Of a stretch of DNA of 57,758 nt, positions 47,703-56,077 are shown one piece after another (the stretch's first letter is position 1; each line of letters starts with the position of its first letter). Source of the stretch: Pseudomonadota bacterium (lineage in GTDB: Bacteria; Pseudomonadota; Alphaproteobacteria; UBA1280; JAAZVW01); contig JAAZVW010000005.1 of assembly GCA_018623135.1 (NCBI GenBank), positions 1-57,758 of the forward strand, given 5' to 3'. A program made the translations under genes and the position numbers. Under the pieces are notes generated by a model that was not told where the DNA came from, did not search any database, and saw nothing but the letters and a program-made list of their open reading frames with translations.

Positions 47703-50137
47703 TTTTGTCGCTCCATACGCTTAAATATTTCTTCTGTTTGCAATTGGTCTGTTTTATAGCTACCAAGTAGAGCATACATAATAAGGTTTATGCCAAAACG
47801 TAGGCTGTGTTCACGCGCGTTTTGGTACTGATGTAGTAATGACTTTTGATAGCCTTTGTTATTTTTAGCCCAAGCGGAGGTAAAATCATGCTTGGCGATA
47901 AGCACGGGGCTTGAGTCGGTATTTTTTTGCTGCCAAATATCTTCTGTATAGTTTGCACGCCCAACAAAGGTACCACGAAGTAAATAAAAGCTACGATTAA
48001 GGGTGTGTTTGTTATTTACGACTTCTAGGTTCTGGATGCCTAGCTGTTGGATAAGTTTTTCGGCTGAGATGGATTGATCCCCCTGTAGGGAGTGGCGATC
48101 AATAAAGAGCAAACCACCTTGGGCGATAAATTGGCGCAGAGGCTCTATATATTCTTTATAATCTTTATGATGCACACTTAAATAAATAAGGGGGTAAAGC
48201 CCAAAAGAATCTGTAGGTTGTAGCTTGTGGGCCGGTAATAAATCCAGTGTTGTGCGACGTCTTAGAACTTCGGCAAGTTCATTTAGGCCTGATTCAATAA
48301 TACGGTCTGAGGTGCTATTTGCCGTCGGAATATAAGCGATTTGTGGTTGGTAGGCAGCTTCGTTAATGGATTTTGCTTCTGCTTTTGTGCCTAATAGACA
48401 GAAGCTAGATAAAATAGCAAAGATAAATGCTGCCTTCTTTAAGCTGTATTTATGTAAAATTTGGCTTGTAAGCAGGCGGTCTAAAAGCGCAAAGACAAGG
48501 GCAAGAAAAGCAAAAGTGGCTGTGTAGCTTTTAATTTTTTGTTCAAATAGATAAGGGGTGCCTTGGTTATATTGCTGTTGTTTTTTAACATCTTCTGATG
48601 TGTTTTTAACAGCGGAAACTTGTTGATAACCGTAAAAACCAGCATCTTCGGAAACGGTTGGTAGAGGCTCTTGTGCTTTAAGTAGGCTATTTGGCAACCA
48701 AAATGGGGGCAGGTTTTTTGTTTGTTCTTCTGATACAAACTGCTTAAGTTGACCTACTTGCTTAATAATTTGCCCTAATGCGCCAGATAGGGGTAATGAT
48801 GACCAGCGGGCATCGGCTGCGACATGAATATGAACAACGTAGCCTTGGCCGTATTTGTGTCCTGAAATAAAAGGGCTGCCATCTTCTAGCTTTGCCCAAA
48901 CATTTTTGGGGTTTGTTAGTTGGTTAAGAGGTAGTAGTTGCTGTGTTACTTTTATATTTTCATAGGGCTTAATATTTTTAAGCGGCCCTGTGAACTGAGT
49001 TACGTTAAGGGCACCAGTCCAGGATAAGCTACCAGATAAAAGACGTGGCTGTTGCTTAAGTGGGAAGGGTAATAAGTTTTTAATATAAGTGTTATTTGTG
49101 ATTTCAGGGTTGGCAAATGTAAGTAGAATGCCACCTTGTTTAACCCATTGCGGTAGTTTGGAAAAATCTGCTTTTTCTTCTGATAAAATAAGCATATCTG
49201 TTTGAGATAAACGGTCTAGTTTATTGTAAAGTGTGAGGCTTTTTTGTTGCAGCGCATTCTTTAAAAAGTAGTCTTGATCGAGAAGGGGAAAGTCATCCTC
49301 TTGCCCAAGGATTTGTATATGAGGTTGAGACATAACAAAAGGCAGAGCATAAAAAGCGCCTAAATGTTCTTGCCCTTCTATGCCAATATAAACACCCTGC
49401 TGTGCCCCTTGTGGAATGTTTAACAGAGCCTTGTTGCTGTTTGTTGTGCTTTGGCTTAAAAGTTGTCCTGTTAGGTTACGTAAAGAGACTTTAAGCTCCG
49501 CTGCTTTGGGGTTGAAGAGGGAAACTTCTATTTGGTCATTCACTTGAGCATTTAAAATAGCTGCATATGCTTTTTTAGGCCTATGAATTATGCTGTTTTT
49601 ATCGGTTATGACTTCGCTAAGTCCATGGTGTAGCACGACAAGTTGCGCTTGTTTAGGTTTGGCTGAGATTTGTATGCTCTCTATAGATTTTTTTTGTGGG
49701 ACAAATTGGTTGATTTTATCTAAAGCAGCTTTATGAGAAAGCTTTTGATAGCTTTCACCTATTTGCAAATAAACCTGTTGGTTGTTTAGCTCTGCTTGCT
49801 GGATGAGTTGCTTTGCCTTTTTTTGAATTTCTGTATAAGCAAATGCTGTGCCCCAGTCATCTGGAATATAAAGGTGTATATTTTTTGTATGATGAGTTGA
49901 GGTTTCTGCCATATAAGGCTTAGCGCAAAATAAGATAAGGCTACTTATAAGAAGTAAACGTACAATAAGCAGTAGAAGAGGTGGTTTATGGGCTGTGACT
50001 TCCTGATTTTGTGGATTAAGCAAGGCCATAGGCGCAAAATATTGCACCAAAGGTTTTGGTGGAAGTTGTTTAATAAGCCAATAAAAAAGTGGTAATGCCA
50101 CAAAAGCAATTAGAGCTAAAGGTTGTGCAAATAACAC
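47699..50137 (-). CDS. BatA N-terminal double-TM domain / DUF4159-containing membrane protein
   Basis: N-terminus MLFAQPLALIAFVALPLFYWLIKQLPPKP is typical of the aerotolerance-regulator N-terminal domain. The C-terminus ...LRFGINLIMYALLGSYKTDQ is typical of DUF4159 as I recall it. Confidence 0.65.
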   Translation of the reverse strand: MLFAQPLALIAFVALPLFYWLIKQLPPKPLVQYFAPMALLNPQNQEVTAHKPPLLLLIVRLLLISSLILFCAKPYMAETSTHHTKNIHLYIPDDWGTAFAYTEIQKKAKQLIQQAELNNQQVYLQIGESYQKLSHKAALDKINQFVPQKKSIESIQISAKPKQAQLVVLHHGLSEVITDKNSIIHRPKKAYAAILNAQVNDQIEVSLFNPKAAELKVSLRNLTGQLLSQSTTNSNKALLNIPQGAQQGVYIGIEGQEHLGAFYALPFVMSQPHIQILGQEDDFPLLDQDYFLKNALQQKSLTLYNKLDRLSQTDMLILSEEKADFSKLPQWVKQGGILLTFANPEITNNTYIKNLLPFPLKQQPRLLSGSLSWTGALNVTQFTGPLKNIKPYENIKVTQQLLPLNQLTNPKNVWAKLEDGSPFISGHKYGQGYVVHIHVAADARWSSLPLSGALGQIIKQVGQLKQFVSEEQTKNLPPFWLPNSLLKAQEPLPTVSEDAGFYGYQQVSAVKNTSEDVKKQQQYNQGTPYLFEQKIKSYTATFAFLALVFALLDRLLTSQILHKYSLKKAAFIFAILSSFCLLGTKAEAKSINEAAYQPQIAYIPTANSTSDRIIESGLNELAEVLRRRTTLDLLPAHKLQPTDSFGLYPLIYLSVHHKDYKEYIEPLRQFIAQGGLLFIDRHSLQGDQSISAEKLIQQLGIQNLEVVNNKHTLNRSFYLLRGTFVGRANYTEDIWQQKNTDSSPVLIAKHDFTSAWAKNNKGYQKSLLHQYQNAREHSLRFGINLIMYALLGSYKTDQLQTEEIFKRMERQK

Positions 50138-50263
50138 AGCTTGATGTATCCTATTATTTAGTAATCCCGTATTTCTTGCGTGACAAGAGTATGGCGTAAA
50201 TTAAAGAAACAGGCAACTGCAATACGCCTGTTTACTTAACTCTTCTGTAGATGAGGATCAAAA

Positions 50264-51805
50264 ATGCAACAAGAAGCCATTTTAAAAAGTTTTCAGTTAG
50301 AAGATATTGTTCCTGCTGTTTTTTCTGGAAGAACGGCCTTTTTAGGTGCAGGGCATGAAGTTATTTGTGAAAGCCCTATTGATAATAGCCATTTAAAATC
50401 TTTTAAAGGTGCAGCTGCGATGCAGACGGAAGATCTTATTAATATGGCAAAAGAAGGCTTTGAAAAATGGCGTAAACTACCTGTTGTGAAACGTGCAGAG
50501 GTGTTAGATACTTTGGCGCTTTCAGTACAATCACGTAAAGAAGAATTAGCACAGCTTATTTCTTTAGAAAATGGTAAAACAATAGATGATGCCCGCGCAG
50601 AAGTTAAAAACTTAATAGATATGCTTGTACATGCAAAAGGCTTAGCACGACATATTGGCGGCAAACAAATTGCGAGTGAATTTAGTAAACGCACAAATTT
50701 AGAAGTGTGGCACCCCTATGGTGTGATAGGGCTTATTACCCCTTTTAATTTCCCGATGTCTATTTGGGCATGGAATGCGGCATTAGCCGTACTTACAGGG
50801 AATGCGGTTATTTGGAAACCTGCACCACAAACACCTTTATGTGCGGTAGCGGTGCATAAAATTATTCAGTCTGTTTTAGAAAAACATCAGGAAGTGCCTG
50901 AAGGGGTTTTTAACCTTGTTATAGGTGATTTACAAGATACGGCATTAATTTTAACCAATAGTACAGATGTACCTGTTGTCTGTGCAACAGGCTCTAGCAT
51001 TATGGGTAAACAGGTGGCCTTAGCTGTGGGCGCACGCTTAGGGCACCATGTGCTTGAATTAGGTGGTTCGGCGGCTGCTATTGTGACAGCAGATGCTGAT
51101 ATTGAACTTACGTTGCGTACGGTGTTTACATCGGCGCTTTCTAACACGGGGCAGAGATGCACAGCGTTAAGGCGATTAATGGTACATGAAACGATTTATG
51201 ATGTTTTTGTTTCTCGGTTAAAGAAAGTGTATGAACAAATACCTTATGGAGAGATATTTGAAACAGGTTTTAAATTAGCACCGCTAATAGATAAAGAAGC
51301 GAAAGATCGTTTTAATCAGAAAATACGTAGTTTGAAAGACCAAAATTTTAGGCTTTACTCGCCAAGTAAATTTAAAACACCTGATAGAGGATATTATGTG
51401 CGTCCTTACCTATGTTTATTAGATGAAATGGCACACCAACCCCAAGATGAAACCTTTGGACCTTTACTTTATGTGCAACCCTACAGGAATTACGAGGCGG
51501 CGATTAAGCGTATGAACGCCACACCTTTTGCGCTTTCTTCTGGTTTGTTTTCTCATAATTTAAAAGAGGTTCAGTATTTTTATAGTGCAGAAGGTTCTGA
51601 TGCTGGGCTTGCTATGGTTAATACAAATACGGGTGGTTTAGAAGTTGGGCTTGCTTTTGGTGGCAATAAAGATTCAGGTGGTGGCCGAGAAACAGGTTCT
51701 GACTGTTGGAAAAACTTTATGCGCAGACAAACTGTTGTTATGAATGTAGATGATGATATACCAGAAATTGAAGGTATTGATTTTAATATTGTAGATGAGA
51801 GATAA
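50264..51805 (+). CDS. aldehyde dehydrogenase, ALDH7 (aminoadipate-semialdehyde dehydrogenase)-like
   Basis: Motifs VLELGGSAAAIV and the catalytic Cys context GQRCTALRRLMVHE, which resembles the ALDH7 GQRCTTARRL. Confidence 0.8.
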   Translation: MQQEAILKSFQLEDIVPAVFSGRTAFLGAGHEVICESPIDNSHLKSFKGAAAMQTEDLINMAKEGFEKWRKLPVVKRAEVLDTLALSVQSRKEELAQLISLENGKTIDDARAEVKNLIDMLVHAKGLARHIGGKQIASEFSKRTNLEVWHPYGVIGLITPFNFPMSIWAWNAALAVLTGNAVIWKPAPQTPLCAVAVHKIIQSVLEKHQEVPEGVFNLVIGDLQDTALILTNSTDVPVVCATGSSIMGKQVALAVGARLGHHVLELGGSAAAIVTADADIELTLRTVFTSALSNTGQRCTALRRLMVHETIYDVFVSRLKKVYEQIPYGEIFETGFKLAPLIDKEAKDRFNQKIRSLKDQNFRLYSPSKFKTPDRGYYVRPYLCLLDEMAHQPQDETFGPLLYVQPYRNYEAAIKRMNATPFALSSGLFSHNLKEVQYFYSAEGSDAGLAMVNTNTGGLEVGLAFGGNKDSGGGRETGSDCWKNFMRRQTVVMNVDDDIPEIEGIDFNIVDER

Positions 51806-51817
51806 AGGGATATTAAC

Positions 51818-53020
51818 ATGCCACAACTTGCCCAACGTATGGCGAAATCTAAAGAAAGTGCAATTATTGAAATTGCCAATAAAGCGAGAAAATTAAAAGC
51901 TGAAGGCCGTGATATTATTAGCTTTTCTATTGGTGTGCCAAATTTTTTGCCAGCAGCCCATGTGAAAGAAGCTGCGCACCATGAAATTGAGTACGATAAA
52001 GGCACATATTTACCAGGGAGAGGTACAGAGCAGCTGATTAATGCCTTTATTAAGCGTATGGGTGAAAATGGTTTTAACTATACGACAGAAGAGGTTGTTG
52101 TTGGTAACGGCGGTAAAGATATTTTGTTTAAAGGGTTGCTTGCTGTTTTAGAAGAAGGGGATGAGGTTGCTTTTCCTTCTCCTTATTGGTCTAGCTACCC
52201 TGATATGGTTGAGTTTTTAGGTGGTAAACCTGTTTGTATTCAGGCATCAGCTGAGCAAAACTATAAAATTACGGCAGCACAGTTAGAGCAAGCAATAACA
52301 GAAAAAACAAAAGTGTTTTTATTTAACAACCCTAATAACCCTACAGGTATGGCATATACAGAAGAAGAGGTGCATGCTTTAGGTGAGGTGCTTGTGAAGC
52401 ATCCTGATATTTGGATTTTTTCTGATGATATTTATGATCGTATGATTTTTGATGATTTGGGATTTCAGCACTTACTTAAAACACACCCGATACTTAAAGA
52501 GCGCACGTTGATGATGCAAAGTATTTCTAAAAACTACGGCATGCCGGGTTGGCGTGTAGGTGTGGGTGCATCTTCGGCTCAAATGGCTAAGGCGATTGTA
52601 ACTTTAAATGGACAATCTGTTACCAATGTTTGTGGTGTTGCGCAGGCAGCTGCAGCTGCAGCTTTTGAAGAAAGCCAAGATTTTTCTGATACAGCACGAG
52701 ATGAATTTGCTAAAAAAAGAGATATGGTGCTTAAGTATTTTGCTAAAGTAGAAGGTTTGAAATGCCCTAAACCACAAGGGGCTTTTTATGCGTTTCCTGA
52801 TGTTTCATCTGCTTTTGGAATGTTCTATAAAGGTGCAGAAATTAAAACAGCAACAGATATATGCAAAATGTTGTTAGAGCATAAAAACTTAGCTTGCGTA
52901 CCAGGTGAAGCCTTTGGGGAGCCGAAAGCGTTACGTATTTCTTATGCTTTGCCGTTTGATAAGTTAGAAGAAGGTTTAGAGAGATTTGTTGCTTTCTTCA
53001 ACGATTTAGAAGAGAAATAA
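51818..53020 (+). CDS. pyridoxal-phosphate-dependent aminotransferase, class I (AspC-like)
   Basis: 400 aa. Motifs NPNNPTG and PLP-Lys SISKNYGMPGWRVG, with C-terminal LRISYA. Confidence 0.85.
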   Translation: MPQLAQRMAKSKESAIIEIANKARKLKAEGRDIISFSIGVPNFLPAAHVKEAAHHEIEYDKGTYLPGRGTEQLINAFIKRMGENGFNYTTEEVVVGNGGKDILFKGLLAVLEEGDEVAFPSPYWSSYPDMVEFLGGKPVCIQASAEQNYKITAAQLEQAITEKTKVFLFNNPNNPTGMAYTEEEVHALGEVLVKHPDIWIFSDDIYDRMIFDDLGFQHLLKTHPILKERTLMMQSISKNYGMPGWRVGVGASSAQMAKAIVTLNGQSVTNVCGVAQAAAAAAFEESQDFSDTARDEFAKKRDMVLKYFAKVEGLKCPKPQGAFYAFPDVSSAFGMFYKGAEIKTATDICKMLLEHKNLACVPGEAFGEPKALRISYALPFDKLEEGLERFVAFFNDLEEK

Positions 53021-53046
53021 CAACAAAAGCAAAATAGATAGATATA

Positions 53047-53076
53047 AAATGCCCCAGCATAGCTGGGGCTTTTTTT
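53047..53076. terminator. bidirectional intrinsic terminator
   Basis: gccccagc-ata-gctggggc flanked by an A-run and a T-run. Confidence 0.8.
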
Positions 53077-53086
53077 AGTGATTAAG

Positions 53087-53416
53087 CTAAAGTGTGAGCT
53101 CAATCAGGGCTCCAGAAGTATTATGATAACTTAATTTATAGCCTTCTACTTCTGCGCAATTGAGAGAGAGCATATTAGGGGATAATGCTGAGTATGGGGT
53201 ATTAGGGGTTATTGGGTACTCAGTATTAATCGCGCAGTTTTGTATAAAAGTATCGTTTATTATTGTTTTTACTTTTGTAAACATCGCATGCGGGATTTCT
53301 AGGCGAATGCCAACTTGTCCCGTGGACTGCGATGCGGCTGTACCGTTAACAGCGGCAAAGGAGCTGTTTATTGCTATTATTACTCCTATTAAAGCTGTGA
53401 GTAAGTACTTTATCAA
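53087..53416 (-). CDS. small secreted protein (about 109 aa), unknown function
   Basis: The TTG at 53416 lies 8 nt after AGGAG and gives MIKYLLTALIGVIIAINSSFA-AV, a signal peptide. The ORF track extends to the ATG at 53476, which has no RBS. Confidence 0.45.
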   Translation of the reverse strand: MIKYLLTALIGVIIAINSSFAAVNGTAASQSTGQVGIRLEIPHAMFTKVKTIINDTFIQNCAINTEYPITPNTPYSALSPNMLSLNCAEVEGYKLSYHNTSGALIELTL

Positions 53417-53690
53417 GTTATATACTCCTGTTTTAGTTTCATCTATTAATGTGCAGGTGCTGTACCAAAACGTCAATATGGTAAAAATTGGTATAAGTCA
53501 TTGATATTTAATATTTTAAGTACTTATAAAGGGTATACTTACTAAGATGTATAGTTCTATTATGAAACATAGTGTATACAATATTGTTCTATAAGAATAC
53601 GCTTTTAGGCAAGGTGCTTTGTCTTCTTTTATGTTAAACTGGTTAAGGTTTTTAAAAATAAATTAAATTTAATAAAATGGTAATCTGCAC

Positions 53691-55301
53691 ATGCGTATTA
53701 TGACGGCCCAAATAAATCCTTCGGTTAAATATAAAGGTTCTTTTTTTGAGGCTTTAGAAAGAAATTATCACTTACATCTTACTTATTATCAAAAAGCGGT
53801 AGATTCAGGCGCAGATGTTGTTGTGTTCCCGGAATTAAGCCTTTGTGGATATCCGCCAGAAGATTTGCTGTTAAGACCAGATTATATAAAAGCGGTGGCA
53901 ACGTATAAAGATAAGCTTAAAGAGCAACTTGTTGAATCAACCGCTATGCTTATAGGCTTGCCGATGCAAACAGATACAGGTCTTTACAATGCAGCGGCTT
54001 TTTTAAGTAGGGAACTAGAAACATATTATTATAAGCAAAAGCTACCTAATTATGCTGTTTTTGATGAGCAACGTTATTTTAAATCTGCCGATACAGCTGT
54101 GGTCATCCCGTATAAAGGGATTCATTTAGGTATTGCGATTTGTGAGGACCTTTGGTTTGAAGAAAGTTTTGAAAAATTAAAATCTCAAGGCGCAGAATTG
54201 ATTTTGAGCTTAAATGCATCACCATTTCAGGAAAACAAGTTTAGGCAGCGTGTAGAAACTATGCAAAAAGGCGTTATAAAAACTGCTGTGCCACTTATTT
54301 ATGTGAATATTGTTGGCGGGCAGGATGAGCTTGTTTTTGATGGCAGGTCATTTGTGATGACAGCAGATGGCGTTATCGGTAATCGGCACAAAGCTTTTGC
54401 AGAAGATGCCCTTATTATAGAATTTACAAAAGAAACAGGTTTTAAAGATTTTGAACCCTATCAGATTTCTGATAAGCCTCTTTTGGATATTACCTATAAG
54501 GCACTTATTTTAGGGCTTAAGGATTATTTGAAGAAACATGGCTGTGAGCAAGTGCTAATTGGTATTTCTGGTGGTGTTGATTCTGCTTTGGTTGCGGCTA
54601 TTGCTTGTGATGCTATTGGTGCTGATAATGTAAAAGGTATTGCTTTACCTTCCCAATATACGTCTGAGCTTTCCATGCGCCTTGCTTATGAACTTTCTGA
54701 AAAATTAGGTTTTGAGCTTTTGCCTGATTTAAATATTCAGCAATCTGTAGATCAGCTGAGTGTTGATTTGGGGGGGTCTATGCAGCAAAATTTAAGTGGT
54801 GTTGCGGCTGAAAATATTCAGGCACGTATGCGTGGTAATGTGTTAATGAGTATTTCAAACCAGAAGGGCTGGTTTGTGTTAACAACGGGTAATAAGTCTG
54901 AGCTTTCTGTGGGTTATGCAACTTTGTACGGAGATATGAATGGCGGATTTAATCCGATTAAGGATGTATATAAAACCCGTGTGTTTGAGCTTTGCCATTA
55001 TGTAAATGCACAAAAGGAACGTATACCGAGCCAAATTATAACGCGCCCGCCTTCTGCCGAGCTTGCAGCGGATCAAAAAGATAGTGATAGTTTACCTGCT
55101 TATGACGTGCTAGATGGTATTTTAAAGCACTTAATTGAGCGACGCACACCTTTGGATATTTTGTATCAGAAACAGGATAAAAAAGAGGTTGATAAAGTGC
55201 TTCATCTACTAGAGCGTGCAGAGTATAAAAGGCGCCAAGCCGCACCAGGCACAAAAATTACTGATGTAGCCTTTGGTAAAGATTATAGAATGCCTTTATA
55301 G
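53691..55301 (+). CDS. nadE: glutamine-dependent NAD+ synthetase (CN-hydrolase domain plus NAD synthetase domain)
   Basis: N-terminal nitrilase-like domain (FPELSL, CEDLW) and a C-terminal PP-loop GISGGVDSALVA. Confidence 0.92.
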   Translation: MRIMTAQINPSVKYKGSFFEALERNYHLHLTYYQKAVDSGADVVVFPELSLCGYPPEDLLLRPDYIKAVATYKDKLKEQLVESTAMLIGLPMQTDTGLYNAAAFLSRELETYYYKQKLPNYAVFDEQRYFKSADTAVVIPYKGIHLGIAICEDLWFEESFEKLKSQGAELILSLNASPFQENKFRQRVETMQKGVIKTAVPLIYVNIVGGQDELVFDGRSFVMTADGVIGNRHKAFAEDALIIEFTKETGFKDFEPYQISDKPLLDITYKALILGLKDYLKKHGCEQVLIGISGGVDSALVAAIACDAIGADNVKGIALPSQYTSELSMRLAYELSEKLGFELLPDLNIQQSVDQLSVDLGGSMQQNLSGVAAENIQARMRGNVLMSISNQKGWFVLTTGNKSELSVGYATLYGDMNGGFNPIKDVYKTRVFELCHYVNAQKERIPSQIITRPPSAELAADQKDSDSLPAYDVLDGILKHLIERRTPLDILYQKQDKKEVDKVLHLLERAEYKRRQAAPGTKITDVAFGKDYRMPL

Positions 55302-55310
55302 GTTATAACA

Positions 55311-55343
55311 AAAGCCCCCTTATAAAGTAAGGGGGCTTTTGTT
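55311..55343. terminator. bidirectional intrinsic terminator
   Basis: agccccct-tataaagta-agggggct followed by TTTT, between convergent genes. Confidence 0.75.
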
Positions 55344-55360
55344 ATATAGAGATTTACATT

Positions 55361-55933
55361 TTAGGCTTCAATTAAGCCTGTCTGGAAGAAATCTTCATAA
55401 AGTTTATAGGCTTCTGCTTGGTGTTTAAGTACAGCGTCTGTTAAGTTACCACCTGTTGGTTCGGCAACTTTAATCATTTCTGCCATGGCATTGAAGGCGC
55501 CTTTAAGCATATCGCCTGTAATTTCTTGAAATTCTTTTTGGAATTCAGGAGATGTGATGTCACCATCAAACTCAGTTAAGAGTTTTGTAAGCTCACCCAT
55601 TGCTTTATCAAGTGTTTCATTTAAGGCCGCAGAGCCTTTTTCTGCCATTTCTAAAGCTTGGGCAAAATTAACCCCTGTAATATTAAATTGGATAGAAATT
55701 GATAGTTCTATTGAATAGCTCTGTTCAGTTACAGCGGTTTTAGGTTCTAGCTCACCAAATAGCTCATGTGCTGATTTTAATGCTTTAGAAAAATTGACCT
55801 GATCTGCCACTTCTTGTGGTGCAGCAGCTTCTTGTGCTTGTACAGCAAGACTACGAGATGCAGAAAGCGTTTCTTCTAAACCTCTGCCTTTTAGCTGCGC
55901 CTGATCAGGGTTAATGAATTTAGAAATATCCAT
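55361..55933 (-). CDS. acidic helical hypothetical protein (190 aa)
   Basis: ATG preceded by aataggtggaac (weak RBS GGTGGA). E/A/L/K-rich, with no TM segment or signal peptide. No family recognised with confidence. Confidence 0.55.
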   Translation of the reverse strand: MDISKFINPDQAQLKGRGLEETLSASRSLAVQAQEAAAPQEVADQVNFSKALKSAHELFGELEPKTAVTEQSYSIELSISIQFNITGVNFAQALEMAEKGSAALNETLDKAMGELTKLLTEFDGDITSPEFQKEFQEITGDMLKGAFNAMAEMIKVAEPTGGNLTDAVLKHQAEAYKLYEDFFQTGLIEA

Positions 55934-56035
55934 AATGTTCCACCTATTACCTTAAGTGTTGTTACCTGTAAATGGTCTGCAACTACTTGCTGCACTTAGT
56001 AATAAGTATATGCCTTAGTTGGTTATATTTCAACT

Positions 56036-56066
56036 AAAAAGCCCTAGCTTTATACTAGGGCTTTTT
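56036..56066. terminator. bidirectional intrinsic terminator
   Basis: A-run, then agccctag-ctttata-ctagggct, then T-run, 12 nt after the stop at 56078. Confidence 0.8.
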
Positions 56067-56077
56067 GGTTTGTTGTG

